64,000 nt of DNA from NCBI RefSeq assembly GCF_009914755.1, contig NC_060945.1; one strand, written 5' to 3'. The position numbers and the translations under genes were made by a program. This DNA is from the human T2T-CHM13v2.0 reference genome, Homo sapiens. How positions within the stretch are numbered: position 1 is the first letter of the stretch; the number at the start of each line of letters is the position of its first letter. Below are positions 31,143 to 45,866 of the stretch, one piece after another. Below the pieces are notes generated by a model, which was not told the origin of the DNA, ran no database searches, and saw only the letters and a list, made by a program, of their open reading frames with translations.

Positions 31143-32203
31143 AGATGACTGAAAACTCTTAAAGAGCCCTCAAGATGATTCAAGTCCTTTATCTAGAAGT
31201 ATTTACAAAAAAAAGATGAAGTTTATTTGCAGTAACTTTAGGTGGCAATATAATACTTAGGGGCATTTTGGGGTTTGGGGAAGCTATCAGAGAGGCCAAT
31301 TATTAGAAACAAAAGAGATGACAGTGAGTAGGTAAGTGGAATCTAAGACCAAGATTCTCTCATTTTAGAGATAAGACCAAGACCACCATCACACGCATAA
31401 GAGGTCATATGTGAAATGGTTTTTGATACCCTTACTCTATGTTAATACTTGTTACCAAAATAAAACCATAGCAATAATAAGACTCAGAGAAACATATTTT
31501 ATCTTTTTGAAACTATGAATCAACTTCATCTAACTAATGGTCACTTTTGTGCGTGTGTGAACTATTTTTTGGCTAGATGTAACATACTCAGTTTAATTTA
31601 GCATTTGTACAGATTTCTCATCTTCACTGACACTGTAAAGTGAGCATGGGGTGGGGAAACCTAATGATACTCATTTGAAAAAGAGATGGGGATGAATTCT
31701 CTTTCAACTAAGATGTAAGATTCAGGTTTTCTCCAAGATTGTGTAAGATGGTAGATCAAAGAAGTGATTTAGTAAATATTGCTGTAATATTTCATAGTGG
31801 TCTAAAACTTTGAATTTGAAATAGAAATCAAGTTCATTACATCCTTTTATAGTAATAATGTATCATTTTAATAGTAAAGTTCCTAGACACCTGTCAGACC
31901 AAACAACGGTAATTTCAGTGCTTCATGCCAATTGTATTAATCGATATAATTATACTTTTCTGACTATTCTTGAGTATAAATGCAAAAAGAATGAGGAAAG
32001 AATTGTCGTAATAGTGATGGGGAAATATTTATGTCACCTCCAATATGTAATAAGTACATGAGTACCTGTTTATTTATAATATACATTTTGCATTAATATG
32101 GTACAAGGAAGCACCACTAATATAAGAAAGACCTACTGAAATATCTTTAAAAAAAAACAGAAATACTAACCAAATGCATTTTCATATATTAAAAGTGCAT
32201 GTC

Positions 32204-35008
32204 TGAGAGAAGATTCTGGAAAGATGGAGTAGAAAGAAACAGGAGTCTGTCTGCCTATCTAGACAACAATTGAACTGGCAGATTCAATTGATACGATATA
32301 TGGCTATTGATATATGACTATTCTGGAACTTTGGAATCTATTGAAAAATTGTAACTTCTGGAGGAACCTTGGATGGTAAATTAAGTTAATTTTGGTCAGT
32401 TTCAACCCCTGGCATAGTAGCAGCTACCCATTCTCCACCCAAGCCCTGTGGCAGGTAGTTGTACACAGGTTCCTGAAACAGCTTGCATGTAGTTTGCAGG
32501 GTCAGGGTGGCAAAAAATGATGCTATTCTCCAAAGATTGGGTATTTGTCTCTGTTCACTGATTGTTGCTTCGGATCACTGAAGTTCACACAAAGAGGCAG
32601 ATGATCATTATTTTTACACTTCCTCCTCTGGCTGAAGTGAGTTCCAAGGGATTTAAGGGTTTGACACTCTTTTTCTCCCTTAATCTTTCTCTTTTTTCAA
32701 TTTTGGGAGCCAGACATTAAAGACTAGGACATTCAAAAGTGACTGCATATGAAGAAAAAATAGGAAGTTAATAAAAATGCCCAAAGAAAGGCATAGGATC
32801 AGAGACAACCTGAGAAGACCTTAAATACACACTTTAGGCTGATTCCTGGGACAAAGGCAGCCTACAAGCAATCAAAACAAAAGGCAATTAAAAACAAATA
32901 GCAACCAAGCAAAAACAATAAATGCAGGAAAGTGGGGGCAGAATCTGATTTCTAGAGTTGCCACATTGTTAGATTTAAATGTCCACTTTTTGATCATAAA
33001 TCACAGTGCACACAAAGACACAGGAAAGTATGTCTCATTAAAATAAATAAATATACATAAATAAACAGGAACTGTTCCTGAAAAAGATCCGATGGCAGAT
33101 CTACTAGACAAAGGTTTTAAAACAATTATCTTAATGAGTAATGATGCTCAAATATCTAAAGAAAAATATGGATAAAGTCAAGAAAATGATGTATAAACAA
33201 AATAAAGATATCAACAAAGAGAGAGAATCTAAAAAGAAACTGAAAATAAATTCTGAATCTGAAAAGTACAATATCTGAAATGAAATATTTACTAGCTAGA
33301 TCAAAGTGTACATTTGAACAAATACAGAATTGGTAAACTAGGATATGGGAGAATGATAATTACTGAGTCTGAAGAATGGAAAGAAAAAAGATTGAAGAAA
33401 AGTGAGCAGAGCCTCAGAGACCTGTAAGACACCATCAAGCAGATCAACATACACACTGTGTGAATTCCAAAAGGAAAAGAGAGAGAAAAAAGGGTGGGAG
33501 AGTATATGAAAAAATAATGTTTGAAAATTTCCCAAATTTGACAAAAGACATCAAACATCCAAAAAGCTCAATGAACTCCAGGAAAAATGAACTCCACACC
33601 AAGACATTGTAATCAAATATTTGAAAGCCAAAGACCAAAAAAGAGTATTGAAAGTAGAAAAAAATAAAAAAGCAACTGATCACGTACAAGGCAGTCTTAG
33701 TAAGATCATTATCAGATTTCTCATCAGAAACTTCAGAGGCCAGAAGATAGCAGGCTAATAAATTTAAACTGCTGAAAGAGAAAAATAAAACCTGTTAAGT
33801 TAGAATTCTATATCTGTCCTTCAAAAGTAAGGGAGAAATTAAGGCATTTCCAGATAAACAAAATCAGAGGGAGTTCATTACCTGTAAACCTGCCGGGAAT
33901 ACATTCAGGATGAAATGAAAAGACACTAGGTTGTACCTTGAAAAAAAAAAAAAAAAAAGATTTCAGTAAAGGTAAATACATGAGTGATTATAAAAGCTAG
34001 TATTATTGTAATAATAATTTGTAACTCTACTTTTTTCTTTCTACATGATTTAAGAGACTAATAGATTAAAAATTATTTGTCTAAAAGCTATTAAAATTTA
34101 ACTTTGATTTTTAACTCCACATTTGGTTTTCTACAAAATTTAAGAAACAAAAGTATATAAAAGAGTTATTAATTTATGCTTTCATACACACAATGTGTGA
34201 ATATATAACCTTATGACATCAACAACAGAAGGGTGGTAATGAGGCTGTAAAGGGGCAGAGTATTCATATGCTACTGATGTTAAGTTGGTATAAATTCAGA
34301 TTAGAGTGTTATAATATTAGGATGCTAAATGTAACCCTCATGGCTACCACAAAGAAATTTACTATATGATATACACAAGAGAAGATAAAAAGAAATTTAA
34401 ACATTTCACTACAAAAAAATTCAACAAAACACAAAGATAGTAACGCAAGAAATGAAAAACAAAAAAGCCATAAGATATACAAAAAATAGCAAAATGACAG
34501 AGGTAAGTCTCTCATTATCAATAATTATTTTAACTGTAAATTGATTAACCTCTTCCTTTGAAATACAGAGATTGGCAGAATCGGTAAAAACACATAATCC
34601 AACTATATTCTGTCTATAGGAGACTTATTTTAGATATACATGCAATGGAATATTATTCAGTCTTACAAAGAAAAGAAATTCCGATGTATGCTACAATGTG
34701 GATAAACTTTGAGGAAAATATGCTCTGTGAAATAAGTTAGTCACAACACACACAAATACTGCATGATTACACTATGTGCAGGACTTAGAATAGCAAAATC
34801 ACAAACACAGAGATTTGAAGGATGGCAACCAGGGGCTGAAAGGAGGGGAATTAGGGAAGTTTATCTTTAAAGATGAAGTTTTAGAAGATGAAAAGAGTTA
34901 TGGAGATGGATGGTGGTGATGGTTACACATTATAAATATACACTTAAAAATAATTAACATGTATAGTATATGATACACACACTTGATGACAATGCTTTTT
35001 TTTGGAAA
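32204..35008 (+). mobile_element. Ancient L1M (L1MB-like 3' end): 5'UTR + ORF1 + start of ORF2 joined to the ORF2 C-terminus and 3'UTR
   Basis: ttctggaaagatgg 5' start; ORF1 motifs (cagagcctcagagacctgtaagacaccatcaag, gaaaatttcccaaatttg, gatttctcatcagaaac); ORF2 start at about 34494; jump at about 34638 to atggaatattattcag; L1MB-type 3'UTR (ggagatggatggtggtgatggtt); candidate TSD aaaagtgcatgtc / aaaaattcatgtc. Confidence 0.85.
33010..33930 (+). pseudogene. Degenerate L1M ORF1
   Basis: A-rich coiled-coil region followed by QSLRDL*DTIK, ENFPNL, TPRHIVIK and DFSSET-like motifs, with many stops. Confidence 0.75.
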
Positions 35009-36900
35009 AAAAATTCATGTCCAAACATCTTCACATCTCTCACACGCCTTCCCTAGCATTGATATATTCAAAGTAGTTTCTAAATTGGTTATTTTCAGAA
35101 TTAATGCAGAATGAAATTTTAATAATAAACTTACAATATATACCTGATATTTATCTTCTTAATTTGCATCATGTGTTATTTGTGGAATGAGAGACAGGAC
35201 AGTCTTGGATTTATTCTGCCTGATGCAGAGACCATGCTCATCAAGTCACTGTATCAAATGCTGTACTAAAATTTCTTGTCATGTTGTTAGTTACTGTAGT
35301 TTGCTGCTATTCTATTTTGTCATGCCTGGTTTCTGAAGCATTTGGTGATTCACCCAAATATTTTATTTAGTCACAATTGCCTACATCCTTGACACTTGAC
35401 AGATCTCTGATAGCCCCATTTTTACCACGAAATGTCATTTATCTTGCATATCAATAGCTCCATTGACTCCTCTATATTACTGTGGCAGATATGGGGTAGA
35501 CATTGCCCAGGTTCCTTTGTCCATTACACACAAAGTCAACATGTTAATCGTACTACTTATCTAATGGAATGCAAAAATAATTTAATATCTATTGAATCAG
35601 AATAAATAAAAATAAACTTTTTTCAAGAACAGTAAAAATATATTTTTCTGTTACAAAAGTTAAAATTAACAAACATCTTTTGACAGAAAAGCAGCTGATA
35701 GGTTGGAAATAGACTGGAAAATAAGAATGGCTGTTTTAACATCCTGGATGAGAGATTAGATTAAAAAGTAAAAACCAACTGACTATCTTTGTTTATAGGG
35801 ACCTGCAGATGAATGAATGAGAACACTGAAAAGAAAGAATAGAGGAAATAATGTGTGTTTTCTAAAGAGAAACACAACGGTGCTGTGAAAGACAATGAAC
35901 AAAATAAGAAATGTATACAATGTATAATTATGGACACTGTATAATTAGGAGGCTTCAAAATTACTTTCAATGAATATCTGCCAATTAAACGTCTGTAAGG
36001 CATGAGTTCCTTTATATTGAGGTATGTATGTGAAATGACTTGTGTTACCTTTTGCAACAATTTTGTCAATAGTGAAATACTGTCATCACCTACTTTCCAA
36101 ATTATTATTTTAAGCACTTATATCTTGACATATTTTAATTAAAATAAAGTATTTCTTTAAAACTCCTTCATCAAAATTAATTCCTTGACATTATTTTAGC
36201 TATATCTAAAGAGTATCAAAGACTACTTCAAAAATATTTGAGTTTTATATTTTTTTATAAAAATAAATTTTATAGAAGACAAATTTAAGAGTCTTTTAAA
36301 TACTTTATTATATTTACATACATCCACAAAAAATGAGGAGTCTATTAATGTATTTGTACTATATCTTAAAATTTGAATGTCTAAAGTATGTACACTTTTG
36401 GCTTTCTTCATTCAGTTACTTGAAATAAATGTTCATAAGCAAATATTCATATTTACAAATGCATTCTCTAAATAATAACATTATAACTATATGAAATTGT
36501 CTCAGTTAAATAAAGGTTTTGTTTTCTTTAAGGGAACAAATTTGTACTCCTTATTTTTAAAAACTGAAGATTACTTTCAATCTTAAAATTATCACTTTTT
36601 TCATCATTATACAATTTATTTGAATTTAATTTCAATGAATATTTTAGGGTGTCTTTTGGTTATAGCTTCATTATGTATACATGTATATTAATCAGAAAAA
36701 CAGGATCACTAACAAGTGATCTGTGAATGGGATTATGGGATTTAATTTAGGAGACAGGGTAGCAGGGTGGAAAGACCTGTTAGAGTGTCCATGAAGAAAT
36801 CATTTTCTTCCAAAGTAAAAATATAATATTTGAATCTAGAACATGCCCGACTATTTCAAAAACATCTTAGCAAGTTGTTACTACTTCCCTCATCCTGAAA

Positions 36901-37145
36901 GGCAGTACTATGTTTATTGGTTAAGAATTTAGACTGCAAGTCAGCCTGCCAGGCTTGAAATCAAGCTCCACCATTTACTAGGTGGGTACATTAGAGCAAA
37001 TTACTTAACAAGCCATATCTAATTTTTCCTAAGCGTACAAGGAGGACATTAACAGTGCCTACTTTATGAGGCTGCAATACTAAGTAAATTACTTCATCAT
37101 ACAACATTTAGAACAGCACACTATCTAAAACAATAAATGCTAAAA
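36901..37145 (+). mobile_element. MIR, near full length
   Basis: tggttaagaatttagactgcaagtcagcctgccaggcttgaaatcaagctccaccatttactag..gcaaattacttaac..atttagaacagcac..caataaatgc. Confidence 0.8.
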
Positions 37146-37736
37146 AGTAACCCATTAACGATTAGATTATTAATTCTGCTAGGTCTAACCTTGATGTACT
37201 TTACCTGGCTTCAACTTCTAAGCAATTTATAATTTAAATTGCAGTTTACTTTGCCCCTCATTTCATAACTTCCTTCTTAAAACAGAAAAAAAAAAAAGTG
37301 CCCTTTTCAACATAGGAAGTGCACCGAAAGAGAACCTGTAAAGCACATACCCACACGTGTTTTCTTTTAGGTACCAATTTATCTCCAGTTTTACATTTTC
37401 CTACTACAGTTTAAACTAATCTTAGCCTAGAAAATCACTTTCTCACTCATTTCAAATTGCAGAAACAGGTAGAAAGATCTTCTTATCAAACTAATCTGCT
37501 TTAAATAGGGTACCTTAAGTCTAACATGATGTGTTTCGTAGAAGTTATTCGACCTGAAAGAGAAAAGCATTGTATCTCAAAATCCTGTTCAGTTTCTCAC
37601 AAGTATCTTAATATTCCAAGTACATTGTATTATTGTGCAGGCATTCACTCATTCGCTCCCTGTCCAACCACTCACTGCCAAGTGGTTTGTGCTTTCAGTA
37701 AATTAATTTCTCTTCCCTATCCTACTGAAAATGTCT

Positions 37737-38193
<457 letters not shown>

Positions 38194-38657
38194 TTATGTT
38201 ATATGCCATAGTTGTGTTATATGTAACATCAGAGTAGAATGTGTAAGTGGAATTGCATGATTCAACTCACCCTCTTTTCCTTTTCCCCTTTGCCACATAA
38301 AGAACATATTTCTCTTAGGGATTTAGCCTCCAGGTAAAGAAATTAGCTGGAGATATATAAAGGATTGGCAGATAGAAACAATCTGAAACAATTTCGCTTA
38401 AACTGAGACATAGCTCTTCTTTGGTCATCCATCTGCATGTAAGATAAAAATATTATTGTAAGCCACTTAAATTTTGGAGTTATTTACTATGTAGCAAAGA
38501 TAAGACTTAAATGATGTAACTTCTAGGTATAAGACAGAGCAATTATGTAGTTATTTTGCTATTGGGCTTCCAATAACTCAGTCCTATATAGAGAGGCCCC
38601 TACTGTTATTCACCCTGCCTTTACTCAGCTTAATTTAAATTATAAAGATGGTGATTT

Positions 38658-38900
38658 TTATTAGTACTGGTTTTTTTTAGTCGCAAGTGACAGAAAATCT
38701 AAGCCAAAAGTGCTTTGAAAAAGAGTGGGTGAAATTTAATGGTACACATAACTCAAAAGAAATAAAATTTGAGATTCAAGTAATTTCCCCGTGACAAATC
38801 CTTCTCCAACTCTACTCTGCTCTGGATTCATTGTCAAGGTCTGTGTGGTGTCATGGTAGCTGCCAACTACTCTTGGCATACATCCTCAGAGGCACAATTA
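38658..38900 (-). mobile_element. Old MaLR LTR fragment (MLT1K/L/N-like)
   Basis: ttagtcgcaagtgacagaaaatctaagccaaaa..aatttaatggtacacataact resembles the reverse-complement 3' end of old MLT1 LTRs. Confidence 0.5.
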
Positions 38901-38904
38901 CATT

Positions 38905-39078
38905 GATAATAATTAACCTTTGAGTGCTTACAATGTGCCAGACACTCTTCTAAGGCATTTGCATGAATTAGCTCATTTCATCCTCAAAATGAATATATCA
39001 AATAGAAACTAATATTATCCTAATTTTATAGTTAAAAAAACAGATGGACAAAAAAATAAGATGCCTCATAATAACATA
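38905..39078 (-). mobile_element. MIR
   Basis: ttgagtgcttacaatgtgccagacactcttctaaggcattt..attagctcatttcatcctca. Confidence 0.8.
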
Positions 39079-39185
39079 TATATCTATAGATCCATGTGTA
39101 TATATGTATATATGTGTGTATATACATACACGACTTGTGTATGTGTGTGTGTATATATATCTAACACACACTCGACTTCTTATGG

Positions 39186-39279
39186 AATCTAACAGAAACA
39201 GTGATAGCAAGAATATTGCAAATAACCGTATTTGCAATAATCTAACAGAAACAGTAATAGCAAGAATATTGCAAATAAC
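39186..39279. repeat. 41-bp direct duplication with a 12-bp spacer
   Basis: aatctaacagaaacagt(g/a)atagcaagaatattgcaaataac at 39186-39226 and 39239-39279. Confidence 0.95.
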
Positions 39280-39929
39280 TCTATTAATCATAGTCTACTA
39301 GAAAATATATTGTTGCAAAAGTGTTCAAACAAAATATACTTTCCAGCCACAAAATATTTGTTATGGTTTTAAAATCATAACAACAAATTAAAGAACAAAT
39401 AAAACCATACTGAGATGGCCTGCATGAAAAAAAATAATGTTTTATTACATAGGCAAAAATATCTAGGACACAGACCTTGGATACACTGCATATACCTTCT
39501 AGTACGATGATACAGGCTATGCAGTTGAGGGTAAGTACTTAAAATTGCTACAAATTATTCCTTTAGAATGTTAGGTGTAGGATAAAAACTAAAATTTTTC
39601 TATAAATTCTATCTGTAGCAACATGAGTTTTCTATAACATATTAAAGGAACACAGAATAAATCAAAAGTTGAAGAAACATAAATTATTTTTTACTTTAGC
39701 CAACTTATATACTTTTATTGCATAACTTGTAATTTTTGTTTATGTAAAGAAGAGCATTGGCCCTATGATTTTTTAAGCTTTGTATAAGAACTTGATGGTA
39801 ACATTAAAAAGTAGCAAATCAAATATAATATAAAAGCAGACCTACTCAGTAACTTTCAGCTTATTGGGCTTTTGTACTAATATATTTGTTAATATTTAAT
39901 AAATATAAGATGTTTTTGTACCTGTGGAA

Positions 39930-40322
39930 ACCCCTTAGCTGCTCTTTGCTAAATACACAGGTGCCTTGGTGTTTCTCAAAGCACACATTGCTTCAGGACT
40001 TTTGAATTCCTTTCCACCTGCCAGCAGCATTCTTCTAAAATATTCCTCCATAATTCAAGTTTATGCTCAAATTTTACTTTAGAGAAAATGGGCTATATGG
40101 GTTTTTATAAAAACCCATGTAAAAAACATTGCTTTTCACACTAGTTATTCTTCTATGTCCCGTATTTATTTTTCTTCATAGCATTTATTACACACAACAT
40201 GGTACCTCTTTGAAGTAGAAGCTCATGAGGGCAGGAATGTTACTTTGTCTATTTCTACATCCACTGTGTCTAGAACAGGGTCTAGTACATGGTAGGCATT
40301 TCACATATTTCTGTAATGAATG
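39930..40322 (+). mobile_element. L2 3' end
   Basis: cttcaggacttttgaattcctttccacctgcc..ttcttcatagcatttatta..agaagctcatgagggcaggaat..gtctagaacagggtctagtacatggtaggca. Confidence 0.8.
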
Positions 40323-40679
40323 GTAATATAAGTAGAAATCATGATACTATTTAGTAAACCTCATGTACCAAGTGTTACTCAACACGAATAAACTCTAGGC
40401 AAAAGATGTTATTTTGGATTATATTAATAATTTCAGGACATACTTCTTACATATTGGTAAGTATTGTACCTTTGTGTGTCAGGGGGATGTTGAAGTTCAA
40501 ATTTTACTTTTAAGATCTGGGAGAATGTTTAGTAAATTAATTGCTGATGATTTTAATGTACATAATATTAAAATAATCATGTTTATAATAGTTCAACAAT
40601 AATTTCATAACAATTCACCTATTTTGTGAATGTTTAAGATAAGACTAGCTAACAATTATTAATACAAGTATGTACACAC

Positions 40680-41162
<483 letters not shown>

Positions 41163-43395
41163 AATTAGGTGAAATTAAAGAAGATGAGGCAGTGAAATTG
41201 AGCACTTGTATTTCAAAAGTGTAGACCGCTTATTAAATTATATTGAATCATTATTCTATAATGTTTGGGAACTTATTGTTTATTTCCAGAGTAGAATTCA
41301 ATTACTTTAACAGTAGATCATAGTGGGCTCTAGAGAATTAACAGTCTAATTAGTTATTTAAAAGGTTAGAATTAAACTTTCTTAAGTTCTTTAAGCATTT
41401 TATAATCATTAACATTTTCATAGTACTCCCATAATCATAGCACATGTAACTGGGTCTCATTTCAAAGTGACCAATTAAAAGAATTGGAAAAACAACTAAC
41501 CCTGGTTTCCATGTTAATAATTGAATGTAGGGTGGATATGGGTATATGTGTCTATTATGCCTTTGTGGTATGATTATTTGTTAATATTGTCTGTAAGTAG
41601 GCTTCAGAAGTGTCCTGACATTGTAACTACAAGACAAATCATCCATAAATATAGGAAAGCATATCTTTAATAGAAGTCTGTAATTTTATCAGACTTTCTT
41701 TTTGAAATATATGTCACAAGAAGCACTGAGAATCACTGCTTTAAAAAAGCCACTGCTTGTGGCTTAAAATTTTGTGTATTTCTCATTACTCATATGACAG
41801 TTTGCATTACCAAGTATTAGTAATTCAGTTGTTTAGTTGGTTGGATATACAACAAATCATTTCTATCATCTGAATAATTTTGTTGAAAACTAGGCATCGT
41901 AGTAATTTTCTGTTTTCTGTTAGACTAATAGCGGGGCTTCCAGAACTGAGAAAACAATTTTCAGGAGGGACATGAAAAATCCATTCAGTCATAAAAAAAA
42001 GTAACAACTATATATTTACAATTTATTCTATGATAAAGGCATATATTTGCACATTTATACCTGTATCGTGCTTATGAGAATCTGAACCTCTCAGAAATAA
42101 GGCAGTTTCCAAAGCCTGATAGTCCAGTGGCATCAGAGAGTTAATATAATGTATCCTTTACTCCACATTCATAGATTAGAGAGTCAAAGATAATAGCTAC
42201 GGTGCAAATCTTATAAATTGAGAATATACATTTTGTTTTTCTTTGTAATAGTTTGTTACTATTAAAAGATAAGCTTGAAACTCAATGTGAGTTTTCTTTA
42301 TTCTTCCAGTACCACTCTTTTTCATGTTTCTTCTTAAGATAATTGATAGTCTCTAGAGAATTATCTATCCAGTGATCCAGGTCACTTTCTTAGAAACATT
42401 CTAGAAAAAAAAAAAAAAAGAAAGAAATTCTCTTTAAAGGTGGGAAACATATTTATTTCTCATTGGAAATGCCAAGCTCCTTTTATCTTATTAGATAAGG
42501 AACAGTTCATTGCTATTTTTAAGAAAATGCTTCATGCAGTTTCAAACCCAGTATTTATGCTGGGTCTGGATTTGAGACAACTTTCTTTAGACTCTCAGAT
42601 TCTTCCCTCAGACTTTAGCAGGCACTGCCTACCTCTGCCACAAAGAAGTCTCAGGGTTCCTGCCACACTCCCATCATTCTTCTAAACAATTGGTAGGGAC
42701 CAGAGAAAAGATTTAGCAAGAGGTGCACACAGTCATTAATTATGTAATTTCCAGAGATTTAAAAACTGTTATGTTGATCCATCCTTGGCTGATTAGAGTT
42801 CATTAAAATTTCAGCCAAAAAATAAAGGAAATACAGAAATACACAGAATCTTCCCAACGTGAGTTGTGAACTCAGAATAAAATAGAATAGAGTTAACATA
42901 TGATTTGCCTTAAATGACTAAGCTTTTCTATATGTCTTCGTGATACTGTGGTGCAAACTTGTTATTTTTACTGTGAAAATTTATTTGTGATCATATGCTT
43001 TAAGGCAAAACATGATTTTGAAATTTATCAGCCTTGAAGAAACAAAACACAATTTAGCAGTTTTGTAGATAACAGAAGCTTTGTTTATTTTATATATTAC
43101 TGTTTATATTGTACTGTTAATTAAATCTGTTCTCAAGCAAATTTCATAATTTCTGAGTTGTATCTCAAGAGAAATAATTTATTATATTTTGCCAATGTTT
43201 ATAAACATTGTTAAAGTTGCTGTCCTCTCTTCGTTATATAGATTAGAGATGCACTGTCAAACTATTGTATAATACGATAGTCATCATTACTATCAATTCT
43301 TCTTTCTGAATTTTAACTCATTTAGTGATTAAAACATAGGTATATTAAAACACTGAAACTATCAGACAGTAAACAATATTTCAAAAGTAGCAAGA

Positions 43396-43487
43396 TCCAT
43401 CATCTATCATCTATCTACCTATCATCTATCATCTATATATATATATCTCTCCATATATATATATATCCATATATATATGGATATATA
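43396..43487. repeat. (TCTA/TCA)n-(TA)n compound microsatellite
   Basis: Directly visible. Confidence 0.9.
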
Positions 43488-45689
43488 AACACGTGGCACT
43501 TTCATCAGGTTATCAAAACTAACAATGGAAGATTATGAATAGACCACTATTCATCTAAAACTAATAGTTTCAGTATGTAAAAGAGTGTTGTATCTTTGTA
43601 AGTAATTATATTTATTCAAAAAAGCTTTTGCACATACCTTGCTATCTATACCCAACCCCCTCAAATTGCCTAAATGTTTGCAGAGACTCAGCTATTGTCT
43701 GTTCTACTTTGGAAGCTTTACCTTATGAATAAATAATAATTATAGATCATCAATATTTTCTTTAGTTGAATTTGAAAGGCACTGCCAAGTAATTCAAGTT
43801 TTTAACATTATATATTTTTTAAAGTTAGTATTTATTAAATGTAGAACACTCTCCAAAATTACCTTTGGCATATTTTAAAATGCTTAGTATTATCTATTCT
43901 TAATGTTGCTAATAAATTTTGGAATACGTAAAAAATATTTAGTACAAATACCAGGCTTTAGAAGATTTCTACCAGCTTGATAAAAGCTTTGAGAATCTAC
44001 CTATCTTGTCATTTGTAATGCAAATATACCCCTCTTTCCCCCTCAGCATACTGTGGATTATTAATGGTTAACTGTGAGTATTTGATGCTATTAGTAATAT
44101 ATTATTCATGTCCATACACCAATATTATTTTCTTAAATTGTCATACTATTAATATCAGCTTACAGAGGCAAGAGTGGAATCTCAATTACTGCAGAATTTT
44201 GTCTGAATATTGGTAGTAACGTATAACATAGTTTAAATAGGTTGCTATTCTGCAATGTGTTTACAACCTGAGCTAATAAATAAATAAAAATTTAAATGAA
44301 ATTCAGGTCACTTTCATGAGGATTCCTCTGAAGTCAGCATTAATAAAAAGTTATATGAATGTCAAAAGATAATATTAATTATGATATTTCATTATTATTT
44401 GCAGCATATTAAAGTTGAAAAGTTCTACTATATTTATGATACTATTACATTTTGGATTAAAAGATCTGTTGAGTAAGAATCATAATATTGATAGTAAATA
44501 GTTCTACTTTTGTCCATAATTGGAATTGACATTGCCTTGACATCTCCTTGAAATTACTAGACCAGAAAGTAAAACCAGAGCACACAAAGAAAGAACAGGA
44601 TCAGAGCCAGGAGACCAATTACCTCTAATCTTTACCACATCAGTTTTAAAAAGTCTTGTGGTCATTTCCCCTCATATGGGGTGACTGGTTTGGTCTTTAC
44701 AGGTGGATTACTATGATAACTTAGACTTTCTCTATCCAGGATGGAACACACTTGAGAGCCTTGTCAGTGGCATAACTGGACATTTTTGATAATTGAGTGC
44801 CCTTCGACATATGTCCAAAGAAGCTGGTTTGAATTCCTGAATCACAAAATACACTTTGTGCATGATAATTTCTGGTGATGCATTTTTATCAAGTACACAA
44901 GAACATTATTATGAACGTGTAGGTCTAATACTGGACTGCCTGGATTAAGCCCTGCTGTGCAGAGAACTGAGAGTATGCTGTGGCTGGGTCAAAGTAATAA
45001 CTGGATATGAATAAGATGACAAGGGATGTGTGACTGTTATTTGACTTCTTTAAGGACAGGAGAACACCTTTTACATCTGTTCTTAGAGTTGTAAGAGTGA
45101 TGCTAAAAACCAAATTTGAGGAGGGCATTGAAATCTCAAAAAGTCAATGTAGACCCCTCTTGGGTCAGAGAGTTCTATAGAACAAGATCCTATCAAATGG
45201 CTGAATCCTTTATTCAATTACCCATTCACGAGTAAATAGAGCTTGTTGTAGAAGAAACATTGGGATGTGACACAGAGAAAACTACACAGTAATTGCCCAT
45301 TACAACTACTAGAGGACAGAATAAATCTCAAAGTAGGAAATGGCTAGAGAGTTATTTAACAGGTTAAAAAAATTAAACAGATAAAATATCTACAGAATTT
45401 AAGAGATTCTTTTTTTTTTGAATATAGGAATTTGGCCTGGTTAAAAGGATGACTACTTTGAAAAGAAATGATTTGTCCATTTTATACTTTATGAAATTTA
45501 TTATGAAGAAATATTACAGTCATTACTTTTAACATTATAGTTCAGTAGCAACATAATATATGTGGAAAAGTATATACAGTAAGAAAGACAAATATTACAA
45601 AATTACTTATTTTATAATAAGACAGACTCTATAGAAAAAAATATGTAAAACAGAACATTTTGAAAATAAAGTATTGATAAAAGTTAGAA

Positions 45690-45866
45690 TGGGAGGGTAG
45701 TGGATCTATGATACAGAAGGAAGAAAAGGCACAGAGAAATAATAAATTTTTGAGGTAATGAGTATCCCCAATTACCCTGATTTGATCATTACACATTGTA
45801 TGCATGTATCAAAATATCACATGTACCCCATAAATATGTACAAGTATTATGTGTCAATTTGAAAAG
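45690..45866 (+). mobile_element. L1MA-type 3' end
   Basis: tgaggtaatgagtatccccaattaccctgatttgatcattacacattgtatgcatgtatcaaaatatcacatgtaccccataaatatgtaca. Confidence 0.85.
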
